From Clostridia bacterium (lineage in GTDB: Bacteria > Bacillota > Clostridia > Christensenellales > Aristaeellaceae), in contig JAZLIA010000042.1 in the NCBI GenBank assembly GCA_045617125.1, positions 21,627 through 53,626 of the forward strand: DNA of 32,000 bases, written 5' to 3'. The position numbers and the translations under genes are program-made. Positions 9,877-17,416 of the stretch are shown in pieces. The notes below the pieces were generated by a model. That model saw nothing but the letters and a program-made list of their open reading frames with translations, was not told the DNA's origin and searched no databases. Position 1 is the stretch's first letter. Each line of letters opens with the position of its first letter.

Positions 9877-11268
9877 ATGAATGAACTTAGTGTGATGAAA
9901 AATCCCTCCAGAGAATTGACGCCAAGAGAAGTGGTCCGCGAGTTGGACAGATATATTATCGGACAGGATGAAGCCAAGCGCGCGGTTGCCATTGCGCTCA
10001 GGAACCGTTATCGCCGCAGTATGCTGACAGAGGAACTGAGGGATGAGATCAGCCCCAAAAACATCCTGATGATCGGGCCTACCGGTGTCGGAAAGACCGA
10101 GATCGCAAGACGTCTGGCAAAACTGGTGAAAGCCCCTTTCATCAAGGTGGAAGCGACCAAATTTACTGAAGTGGGATATGTTGGCCGGGATGTGGAATCC
10201 ATTATCCGTGATCTTGTAGAGAACGCGGTGAGGATGGTGAAGGATGAATTTGCGGAAAAGGTATCTGCCCGTGCCCGGGTGATCGCGGAGGATCGCCTGC
10301 TTAATCTGCTTGTTGACCCGCCCAAAAAGAAAAACGGAAATCCTCTCGATATCCTTCTTGGCCGTAATCAGGAACCGGTGAGGACGGAGGAAGAAACCGT
10401 CCGTCTGGCGGATGAAAGAGAGGATATGAGGCTTCGGCTTCAGAGAGGGGAACTTGAAGAAAGAGAGCTGGAGATCGAAGTGCAGGAGGAAGCGCCTCAG
10501 CTGGAGGTTGGTGGCGCTGCGATCAGCATTGGCGATATGATGGGAGATATGATGCCGAAGCGCACCAAGATCCGTCATGTTAAGGTGAAGGAAGCAAGAA
10601 AGATCCTGACCGCAGAAGAAAGTGATAAACTGATCGACCAGGACGCAGTAAAAGAAGAAGCTGTTCGCCGGGCTGAACAAAGTGGAATCATATTTCTCGA
10701 TGAGATCGACAAGATCGCAGGCCGAGGCGGCCAGAACGGTCCCGATGTGTCCAGAGAAGGCGTACAGAGAGATATTCTTCCCATTGTGGAAGGCAGTGTG
10801 GTGAACACCAAATATGGGCCGGTACGTACGGATTTTATGCTGTTTATCGGCGCGGGAGCTTTCCATGTGGCCAAGGTGAGCGATCTGATCCCGGAACTGC
10901 AGGGACGCTTTCCAGTGCATGTGCAGCTGCATTCTCTTACGGAAGAGGATTTTGTAAAGATCCTGACCCAGCCGGATAATGCCCTTACGCTTCAGTATAA
11001 AGCCATGCTGGAGGTTGATAAGGTGCACCTTACATTTGAAGAAGAGGCTCTTCGTGAGATCGCAAGGGTGGCTATGCTTGCCAATGAATCCGGTGAGGAT
11101 ATTGGTGCAAGAAGGCTGCACGCTGTGTTTGAGGAATTGCTCGAGGATGTATCCTTCAATGCCGGCGGGGATGAGATGCCGGATGTATATCTTTCTGTTA
11201 ACGAGATCTATGTGAAAGAGCATCTGAAGTGTGCCAAACAGGCGGATCTGAAACGGTTTATCCTTTGA
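9877..11268 (+). CDS. hslU: ATP-dependent protease ATPase subunit HslU (ClpY/CodX)
   Basis: LTPREVVRELDRYIIGQDEAKRAVAIALRNR; Walker A GPTGVGKTEIARRLA; Walker B IIFLDEIDKI; I-domain insertion. I chose the ATG at 9877 (GGAGGA at 9862-9867, 9-nt spacing) over the TTG at 9871. Confidence 0.93.
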   Translation: MNELSVMKNPSRELTPREVVRELDRYIIGQDEAKRAVAIALRNRYRRSMLTEELRDEISPKNILMIGPTGVGKTEIARRLAKLVKAPFIKVEATKFTEVGYVGRDVESIIRDLVENAVRMVKDEFAEKVSARARVIAEDRLLNLLVDPPKKKNGNPLDILLGRNQEPVRTEEETVRLADEREDMRLRLQRGELEERELEIEVQEEAPQLEVGGAAISIGDMMGDMMPKRTKIRHVKVKEARKILTAEESDKLIDQDAVKEEAVRRAEQSGIIFLDEIDKIAGRGGQNGPDVSREGVQRDILPIVEGSVVNTKYGPVRTDFMLFIGAGAFHVAKVSDLIPELQGRFPVHVQLHSLTEEDFVKILTQPDNALTLQYKAMLEVDKVHLTFEEEALREIARVAMLANESGEDIGARRLHAVFEELLEDVSFNAGGDEMPDVYLSVNEIYVKEHLKCAKQADLKRFIL

Positions 11269-11297
11269 AATCGCACATGTATTTTGATCATCCATAT

Positions 11298-11347
11298 AAA
11301 AAGGTCCTCATATCAGGATGTGTTTTCCTGATATGGGAACCCTTTTC
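11298..11347. terminator. Bidirectional rho-independent terminator between convergent hslU and the SH3b gene
   Basis: The 10-bp stem catatcagga (11309-11318) pairs with tcctgatatg (11326-11335) across a 7-nt loop. It is flanked by aaaaagg upstream and ccctttt downstream, which gives a U-tract on both strands. Confidence 0.5.
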
Positions 11348-11426
11348 TTATGTGTTGTTGTTATCCATGCTGGATACGTATGGATAATATCTGTTTGGCT
11401 CTATGCATCACAGATCAGGGGCTGAT

Positions 11427-14400
11427 TTACCATTTGGCATTCAAAGCACGTTTGATCGCAGCCTGATGGTCAGGGTCTACCTTTTTACTGCCGTGAGTTT
11501 TGCTTCCCGTAAAGTGAATGCAGAAATGACCGTCAAAATTGTTGTTTTTGATCGTTGTCGTTCCATGAGGCATCGCGTTCTGACTTGCGGCATAAACATG
11601 ACCGTTATACAGCACCAGGATCGCCCTACGGCTCCAGCTCCAGCTCCCGCCGTAGATGGATTTCATGGTTGCGGTATCTTCAGCGCTAAGCGGCTCGCAA
11701 TCCATATGATTGCCTCCGCTCCAGCGTCTGCAGCGGAAGGTTCTGCCGGTCAAAACATCCTTTACTGTGAAGGTAGCGCCCTTCGGGATCTTTTCACTGC
11801 CGCCTTCAAACCAGATCAATTCTTCTGTAACGTAGGTATAATTGCGGGCATTTGTTCCGAACAGAGCTTTTATTGTGTCAAATCCGGCCTCACCGTCTGC
11901 TGTGATGCCGCGGGCTTTTTGGAAAGCAGTGACAGCGTCAAATGTGGAAGTGCCATAGATCCCGTCAATAGGCTTTTTGAAGTATCCTTTGATCTTGAGC
12001 GCCTGCTGAAGCGCTGTGACGCTTTCGCCGCTGTTGCCCTTCTTTGTTGTAGCAGGAACCTTGATCTCACTGATCTTAGTGATACCGTTCATCTTGGGAT
12101 CGTCTGCAACGGTGGTGACAGATACTTTCCCAAAGAGCTTCTTGATCGTGGCGTAGTCCGCTTTTCCAGTCAAAGGAAGGCCGTTGGCTTTCTGATAAGC
12201 GTTGACCGCTTCTTTGGTGCTGTTTCCAAATTTTCCGTCCACTGTTGAGGTGAATTTTCCTTTCAGCTTCAATGCCTGCTGCAGCTTTTCAACATCCTCT
12301 CCGGTAGATCCCATACTAAGATACCCGGGAGCTTCACCAAGTGCTGCAATGCTGGTCGCATTGGCATATTTACTGTTGGAAGGCTTGGGAGTAGGGGAGG
12401 GAGTGGATGAAACCAGCTTCATGTAGCTCGAGGATACATATCCGATTTTACCGCCTGACTTTATCTTATAGAACCCATTTTGACTTGCCTGAACCTGAAC
12501 ACAGGTGTCCTTACAGAGCTCCAATAGAATTTTGCTATCCGTGGCAGGCTGTTCACGCATATTTACAAGGGATGCAGTAACGATCCCATAGCAATTGAGA
12601 ACAATGGGTTTTTCGGTGGGCTTGGGGGTGGAAGTTGGTTTCGGAGTGGAAGGTTTGCTTGTGGTTGCAGAATCTACTTTTGTTATGTAAGTTTTGGAAA
12701 CATATCCGGTTCTGCTGTTGTACCTGATCTGATAGAATGAACCGATCGTGCCAGTAAGCTGAACAACCGTTCCACCGGGGATGACGGAAAGAATGTCGCT
12801 GTTGGTATTTGCTTTGGCACGGAAATTCAATGTGGAGGAATTGACTTTTCCATATCCGGTCATCGGGATAATTTTATCGCTGGGTGTTTGTGTTGCTTTC
12901 GTCTTGGGGGTCGCAGTAGGAGTTGATACGGGCTTCTTTGTGGTTGAAGAAGCTTTGCTCAGATAGGTTTTGTGAATAAAACCGGTTTTTCCGTTGTATT
13001 TTACCCGGTAGAAAGATTCAGTGTTTCCAGTGATTTCGACTACAGTACCCAAAGGAAGTGAAAGGAGGATTCTGCTATCGGTACTTGCTTTTTCACGAAC
13101 ATTTACAGATGAAGCGGTAACGGTACCGTAACCGGACAGTGAAGTAACAGTTGCGGAACTGGAAGGGGGATTCGTCTGCTTTTGAGACGGTGTCGCTGTT
13201 GGCGACGAAATCTGAGTCATATAAAGCTTGGATACAAATCCCGTATTTCCACTATAATTGATCCTGTAGAACGAATCTGTCATTCCTGTAATCTCTGTTA
13301 CGGTATTGAGAAGAAGAGAGGTGATGATCTCACTGTCGGTGTTTGCATATTTACGCATATTGACGCTGGATGCGGTCACCTTTCCCCATGCGTTGAGCGG
13401 TGTTACAGTGGTATCCATTTTTGATGCAGAGGAAGCGGTATCCAGAATATGAATGTAATTCTGCATCACGTATCCGAAAGAGGAACCTAAGCGGATACGG
13501 TAGAAATCACTGATTTCTCCTGTGATGCTGACGGTGTCCCCGGCATAAAGCTTGCCGATCAGTTCCGAAGAAGTCGAGGGCAACTGACGCACATTCAATT
13601 CTGAAGAACTGACCGTGCCGGTTTTGTTGATGCTCTTTACTTCCGGCTGTGTGGCTGCCTTTTCAGGCACCAAGGTCGGTGCTGATGCGGATGCGTCAAG
13701 GATACGTACAAACTCTTTGGCTATATAACCCGGGGTATTGTTGATTCTGATATAGTAAAAGGCACCGGATTCACCCAGAATTTCCACTCTGTCGCCGATG
13801 CTCAGTGAGCCGATCACGTCTGAGTCTGTGCTGGGTTGAGAGCGGACATTCAGTTGAGAACTGGTCACCTGCCCTTTCTTTGCTGTAATTGTTTTTGACT
13901 GATTTAGCGGCTGCGAAGCAATAGGGGCAGAAATGTCCGGTGCTGTAAGCGTGATAAAATCAATAGATACATAAGCCTGGCTGTTATCACACGCAATACG
14001 GTAGAAACCGTTGATCCTTCCGCTGATTTTTACCTCTGTGTTCCGTGAGAGCTGCTTGATGATATCTGATGCGGCATCGGCACCACTGCGTACGTTAACA
14101 GTGGATGAGGTCACATAACCGACCGTATTGATATTGGTGATCAATAGTGCTTCCTGTCCTTCATGAAGAACAGTGAGACGCACATAGTCGGAAAGAATCC
14201 ATCCGGCAGTATCACGGACTTTTACATGGTAAAAGCCGTTTTGCTCGCCGGTGATAATGACGCATTCTTCTTTCACCGTGCTCATGATTATACTGTATTC
14301 CGTTCCGGGGCCGGATCTTACATTTACATTATCATTTGTGATCACACCAATTTTGCTAAGCGGATCAATGGTGGAAAAGTCAAGCTGAACACAGTCCTCC

Positions 14401-14648
14401 GAAATAAAAACGGTTTTTCCGTTAAGGCTTGTTTTATAGAAGCCGTTTTCGTAGCCTGTGATCTTGAAATCGGTACCGTACACAAAAACAGATACGACAG
14501 CGGAATCGAGATTTGCTTCCGATCGTACGTTTACTGTTCCAACATTGACAGATCCATGGATCTCTTCAGCCAGAGAAGGAGTAAAGGAGATGAGGGAGAA
14601 AACCATCACGACCAGAACTCCTGCAGCTAAGAAACGATGCTTTATCAT
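11427..14648 (-). CDS. Secreted cell-wall-binding protein: signal peptide, 9 SH3b repeats, 2 PG_binding_1 domains and a C-terminal domain of about 138 aa (possible divergent YkuD-like L,D-transpeptidase fold)
   Basis: GGAGG RBS 7 nt upstream. Signal peptide MIKHRFLAAGVLVVMVFSLISFTPSLAEE. Nine repeats share the pattern G-V-x3-LNVR-x-P-x-DS-x-I-x10-G-x4-FY-I-x6-GYV. Two PG_binding_1 units (GSTGEDVEKLQQALKLKG..DGKFG, GNSGESVTALQQALKIKG..DGIYG). C-terminal motif PHGTTTIKNNNFDGHFCIHF. Confidence 0.8.
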   Translation of the reverse strand: MIKHRFLAAGVLVVMVFSLISFTPSLAEEIHGSVNVGTVNVRSEANLDSAVVSVFVYGTDFKITGYENGFYKTSLNGKTVFISEDCVQLDFSTIDPLSKIGVITNDNVNVRSGPGTEYSIIMSTVKEECVIITGEQNGFYHVKVRDTAGWILSDYVRLTVLHEGQEALLITNINTVGYVTSSTVNVRSGADAASDIIKQLSRNTEVKISGRINGFYRIACDNSQAYVSIDFITLTAPDISAPIASQPLNQSKTITAKKGQVTSSQLNVRSQPSTDSDVIGSLSIGDRVEILGESGAFYYIRINNTPGYIAKEFVRILDASASAPTLVPEKAATQPEVKSINKTGTVSSSELNVRQLPSTSSELIGKLYAGDTVSITGEISDFYRIRLGSSFGYVMQNYIHILDTASSASKMDTTVTPLNAWGKVTASSVNMRKYANTDSEIITSLLLNTVTEITGMTDSFYRINYSGNTGFVSKLYMTQISSPTATPSQKQTNPPSSSATVTSLSGYGTVTASSVNVREKASTDSRILLSLPLGTVVEITGNTESFYRVKYNGKTGFIHKTYLSKASSTTKKPVSTPTATPKTKATQTPSDKIIPMTGYGKVNSSTLNFRAKANTNSDILSVIPGGTVVQLTGTIGSFYQIRYNSRTGYVSKTYITKVDSATTSKPSTPKPTSTPKPTEKPIVLNCYGIVTASLVNMREQPATDSKILLELCKDTCVQVQASQNGFYKIKSGGKIGYVSSSYMKLVSSTPSPTPKPSNSKYANATSIAALGEAPGYLSMGSTGEDVEKLQQALKLKGKFTSTVDGKFGNSTKEAVNAYQKANGLPLTGKADYATIKKLFGKVSVTTVADDPKMNGITKISEIKVPATTKKGNSGESVTALQQALKIKGYFKKPIDGIYGTSTFDAVTAFQKARGITADGEAGFDTIKALFGTNARNYTYVTEELIWFEGGSEKIPKGATFTVKDVLTGRTFRCRRWSGGNHMDCEPLSAEDTATMKSIYGGSWSWSRRAILVLYNGHVYAASQNAMPHGTTTIKNNNFDGHFCIHFTGSKTHGSKKVDPDHQAAIKRALNAKW
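12411..14558 (-). repeat. Protein-level tandem array of nine SH3b (bacterial SH3) domains, aa 31-746 of the 11427-14648 product
   Basis: The repeats were counted by eye in the translation. Repeats 6-8 are the most similar to each other. Repeats 5/6 to 9 are separated by Pro/Thr/Ser/Lys-rich linkers. At the nucleotide level the repeats are diverged and I saw no long exact repeats. Confidence 0.8.
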
Positions 14649-14743
14649 GCTGATGCCTCCGCTTTGAAAATAGTTGCAGTTTTAGAAAAGGAAATAAATG
14701 ATGCAAAAAGCACATTTATTGATACGGACCTTCTGCACTTATA

Positions 14744-14772
14744 AGAATATTACAAAATTATTAAAATGTCAA
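14744..14772 (-). promoter_or_regulatory. Candidate sigma-A-type promoter for the SH3b gene
   Basis: On the minus strand: TTGACA (14772-14767), a 17-nt spacer, then TATTCT (14749-14744). It lies in a 289-bp AT-rich divergent intergenic region about 95 nt upstream of the ATG. Confidence 0.3.
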
Positions 14773-14856
14773 ATGATTTATTACAATAATAATAAATAAG
14801 TAAATAGAACAGTAAAATATATAACAATGAAAAACGAAACACCGGCAGAGGAGCGC

Positions 14857-14885
14857 TTGATTTTGTCGGCATAATAGGATAAAAT
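14857..14885 (+). promoter_or_regulatory. Candidate sigma-A-type promoter for the chagasin-like/Big_2 gene
   Basis: TTGATT (14857-14862), a 17-nt spacer, then TAAAAT (14880-14885). It lies about 50 nt upstream of the ATG at 14938, which has an AAGGAGG RBS at 14924-14930. Confidence 0.4.
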
Positions 14886-14937
14886 GAGTTCAGTTACCGG
14901 ACAAACATGAATGTACCGATGATAAGGAGGTCCAAAG

Positions 14938-16611
14938 ATGATGAAAAGAACAGTTTGCTTTCTGGTAATGCTGACGGTTCTGTTTACAGCGGTCGGCTTT
15001 GCTCATGCGGAAGCACAGCCCCAGATGCTGACGGATGAAAATGATGTGTATCTTGGTTTTGTCGAATGCAAGGGGAATCAGTTGAGTGTTTCATTCAACG
15101 AAAGCGCAGAAAACAGTTATGAATGGAAAACACCGGACGATCAGGAACTGCTTTCTCTTACCGATGAAAGCGTGATCGAAGCGAGCGAATACGAAAAGAT
15201 GCTGGGTCTGCCGGGAAAGCGTGTTTTTACATTCAATACGGTTAAGCCTGGGCGCGGAATGCTTACATTTTGGTTTGCGTCATACTGGATGCATGGGGAA
15301 AATGCCGTATATGCGGTGAACATCCTTTACAGTGTGGAAAACGACATGTCCATTTCTGTGGCAGGGGCATTTTCCGCGCATGATGAGCCGATTCCGGATA
15401 CGATCGAAGAACAGATGTTTTCCGATCCCCAGTATGGTTCTATCACGTTTAAGAAATCCCTTTATCAGATTTATGTCGGCAGATCCACAACAGTGGCTGT
15501 GAATGCAAGCAGCCGGGATGTGTCTAAAAAGGGTTACACCTTCGAAAGCAGTGATACCAGCGTTGCCACTGTAAACAGTGAAGGCAGTGTGAAGGGCGTT
15601 TCTCAGGGTATGTGTACGATTTTGGTGCGCAGCAAAAATGACGACCGTGTATGGGCCCGGTTCCCTGTACAGGTGATGGTGAAGGTGACCAAGGTGACCG
15701 TTTCCGCAGAAAACACCACGCTTACAGTCGGAAGCCAGGTGCATCTGAAAGCGGAGTTTGAACCTGTCAATGCAGATAACAAGGAGCTCACCTGGAGATC
15801 CAGCGATAAATCCATTGCGACGGTGGATGAAAACGGTATCGTGACTGCAGTCGGAAAAGGTGAAGTGACTATCACGGCTGTGTCCAAGGATGTGGACGAA
15901 AAGTCCGGCAGGGTGAAGCTGACTGTGACGCAGTCCGTTTCCGGTGTGACGGTAGATAAGCAGTTTGTCCGGGTAGGGGTGCGCTATACAACAGACGTAA
16001 CTGCTACGATTCTGCCCAAGAATGCCAATAATAAAAACATGACCTGGTACAGCAGCGATGAATCGGTGGCCACAGTTTCCGGAAAGAGAAATGAATGCAC
16101 TGTGAAAGGCGTGAAGTGGGGCCAGGCAACAATTACCGGCGTGACGGAGGACGGTGGATATTCCGTCAGCTTTACTGCTCTGGTAGGAAGTCTGAACCGT
16201 GCTGTTCGCATTACCGATGAGAGGATCACAGCCTACGGCCAGCCGGTGTTTACTCTGGTGAATGACAGCAATATGAATATTTCCAGCGTGCATGTTTCGA
16301 TTCGGGGTTATGATTATTACGGTAATCCTGTGCAGCTCAGCTATGGGCAGGATCCTTATACTTTGACGGGAGATTACAACTTCAATATTGCCCCCGGTGC
16401 TTTAGTAAGCAGTTATGATATGCAGTACCGTTATCTGATCGGTTGGAACGGAGTAAGCTATATCGAAGCTGCAATAACCGGATGGGAATGTGATGAAGGC
16501 TATCTGACCACCAAGGGCGAGATCAGCAATCATTATGGGCTGGGAGATTCTACCATGATCTGGGTGAATATGGGCACGATGCTTCCTACCAATGCCCCAC
16601 AGGGAGAGTAA
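14938..16611 (+). CDS. Secreted protein: signal peptide, chagasin-like (inhibitor I42-like) domain, three Big_2 Ig-like domains, and an unassigned C-terminal domain of about 140 aa
   Basis: Signal peptide MMKRTVCFLVMLTVLFTAVGFAHAEA. aa 34-135 carry SYEWKTP, GLPGKRVFTFNTVKPGRGMLTFWF and ASYWM, which resemble the three chagasin-family loops in degenerate form. The Big_2 signatures are SSDTSVATVNSEGSVKGVSQGMCTILV, SSDKSIATVDENGIVTAVGKGEVTITAV and SSDESVATVSGKRNECTVKGVKWGQATITG. Confidence 0.7.
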   Translation: MMKRTVCFLVMLTVLFTAVGFAHAEAQPQMLTDENDVYLGFVECKGNQLSVSFNESAENSYEWKTPDDQELLSLTDESVIEASEYEKMLGLPGKRVFTFNTVKPGRGMLTFWFASYWMHGENAVYAVNILYSVENDMSISVAGAFSAHDEPIPDTIEEQMFSDPQYGSITFKKSLYQIYVGRSTTVAVNASSRDVSKKGYTFESSDTSVATVNSEGSVKGVSQGMCTILVRSKNDDRVWARFPVQVMVKVTKVTVSAENTTLTVGSQVHLKAEFEPVNADNKELTWRSSDKSIATVDENGIVTAVGKGEVTITAVSKDVDEKSGRVKLTVTQSVSGVTVDKQFVRVGVRYTTDVTATILPKNANNKNMTWYSSDESVATVSGKRNECTVKGVKWGQATITGVTEDGGYSVSFTALVGSLNRAVRITDERITAYGQPVFTLVNDSNMNISSVHVSIRGYDYYGNPVQLSYGQDPYTLTGDYNFNIAPGALVSSYDMQYRYLIGWNGVSYIEAAITGWECDEGYLTTKGEISNHYGLGDSTMIWVNMGTMLPTNAPQGE

Positions 16612-16655
16612 TATATCAAACGGGCCGTTCTCTTTCGAGGGCAGCTTTTTAAAGC

Positions 16656-16689
16656 AAAAACAGGATCTCGGAAATGAGATCCTGTTTTT
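16656..16689. terminator. Bidirectional rho-independent terminator
   Basis: A perfect 14-bp stem: aaaaacaggatctc (16656-16669) pairs with gagatcctgttttt (16676-16689) across a 6-nt loop. A/T tracts on both sides serve the convergent genes ending at 16611 (+) and 16706 (-). Confidence 0.7.
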
Positions 16690-16705
16690 GAAAATCATCA
16701 ATAAT

Positions 16706-17176
16706 TCATTCTATATTACGCCAGCTGCTGATGTATTTGTCGTGGAAAGTGAAATGGATGACTTCTTCGGGTTTCCAAAACGGTTTATCGATCCTGGCGT
16801 CAAAATAATAAAGCCGATCGTCTTTTTCATCCTTGGGGTTTCCGGCACTGAACATGACTGGCCATACGGTGACCCCTTCCCGTTCAACGGTTTCATCTTC
16901 AAAGCGTAGGAAGATCAGCTCTGTATCATGATTCCGGCCATTCAGAGCCTGATCGACATAGGAAGCGTATTTTTTCACAGGCTTTACGAAAAAATCCAGC
17001 CCGAATATCAGAATACATCCCGCAAAACAGAAAAGCAGATACGTGAGAAAGGGAATATGGAAAATAAGAAGATTGACAAGGAGAAGGATGCAGGGAACAG
17101 CAGCTGTACAAAGGACGGCAGCACGTCGCTTTTTTAACTGCAGGTTCATTGAATCAAGATTTGCCTTAGTGTACAT
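16706..17176 (-). CDS. Hypothetical small membrane protein (two N-terminal TM helices plus a soluble C-terminal domain of about 90 aa)
   Basis: 156-aa ORF with a GAGG RBS. Hydrophobic segments AAVLCTAAVPCILLLVNLLIF and LTYLLFCFAGCILIFGLDFF. I recognise no family. It is bounded by a terminator downstream and a promoter-like element upstream. Confidence 0.55.
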   Translation of the reverse strand: MYTKANLDSMNLQLKKRRAAVLCTAAVPCILLLVNLLIFHIPFLTYLLFCFAGCILIFGLDFFVKPVKKYASYVDQALNGRNHDTELIFLRFEDETVEREGVTVWPVMFSAGNPKDEKDDRLYYFDARIDKPFWKPEEVIHFTFHDKYISSWRNIE

Positions 17177-17218
17177 GTTTTACCTCGCTGATATGGATTA
17201 CGGGTACTCCGCCTACAG

Positions 17219-17247
17219 ATTATATCAGATACTTGAGCGTTAGTACA
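17219..17247 (-). promoter_or_regulatory. Candidate extended -10 promoter for the 16706-17176 gene
   Basis: On the minus strand: TGaTATAAT (17227-17219) with a weak -35 TGTACT (17247-17242) at 17-nt spacing. It lies about 40 nt upstream of the ATG. Confidence 0.35.
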
Positions 17248-17341
17248 GAAGCAAATATAGGCGGAACAGATCAGAAACGGTCAAAACTGTGTCATAAACT
17301 GTAAAAATCGTAAGTTGACCGATAAATATGCCCTGTTTCAT

Positions 17342-17370
17342 TTGACTATAAGCGCAGAAAGGCATATAAT
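17342..17370 (+). promoter_or_regulatory. Near-consensus sigma-A-type promoter for the cotH-like gene
   Basis: TTGACT (17342-17347), a 17-nt spacer, then TATAAT (17365-17370). It lies about 47 nt upstream of the ATG at 17417. Confidence 0.55.
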
Positions 17371-17416
17371 AACCGCGTCAGTATGACATTTGTCCCGAAA
17401 AGAGAAGGAGCTTGAA

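Noticed and set aside
9814-11295. A 493-aa ORF on the minus strand spans the whole of hslU.
   Set aside because: Its codon triplets are exactly in register with the hslU codons; (11293-9871) is divisible by 3. Antisense stops can then arise only from sense TTA, CTA or TCA codons, which this genome evidently avoids. The product is low-complexity and unfamiliar, whereas hslU has unambiguous motifs. It is a codon-usage shadow ORF.
11361-11387. A perfect 8-bp inverted repeat, ttatccat (11 nt) atggataa, with an internal tggata direct repeat, lies between hslU and the SH3b gene stop.
   Set aside because: It is short and AT-rich and has no U-tract. It lies in a convergent 3' region next to a much stronger terminator hairpin. 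It could be a minor RNA structure or chance, and there is not enough evidence to call a binding site.
14698-14793. A 31-aa small ORF (MMQKAHLLIRTFCTYKNITKLLKCQMIYYNNNK) with an AAAGGAAA-like sequence upstream lies in the AT-rich divergent intergenic region.
   Set aside because: It has no upstream promoter on the plus strand, since the region immediately upstream is the 5' end of the divergent SH3b gene. It overlaps the predicted minus-strand promoter. Its composition simply mirrors AT-rich DNA. It cannot be supported without conservation or expression data.
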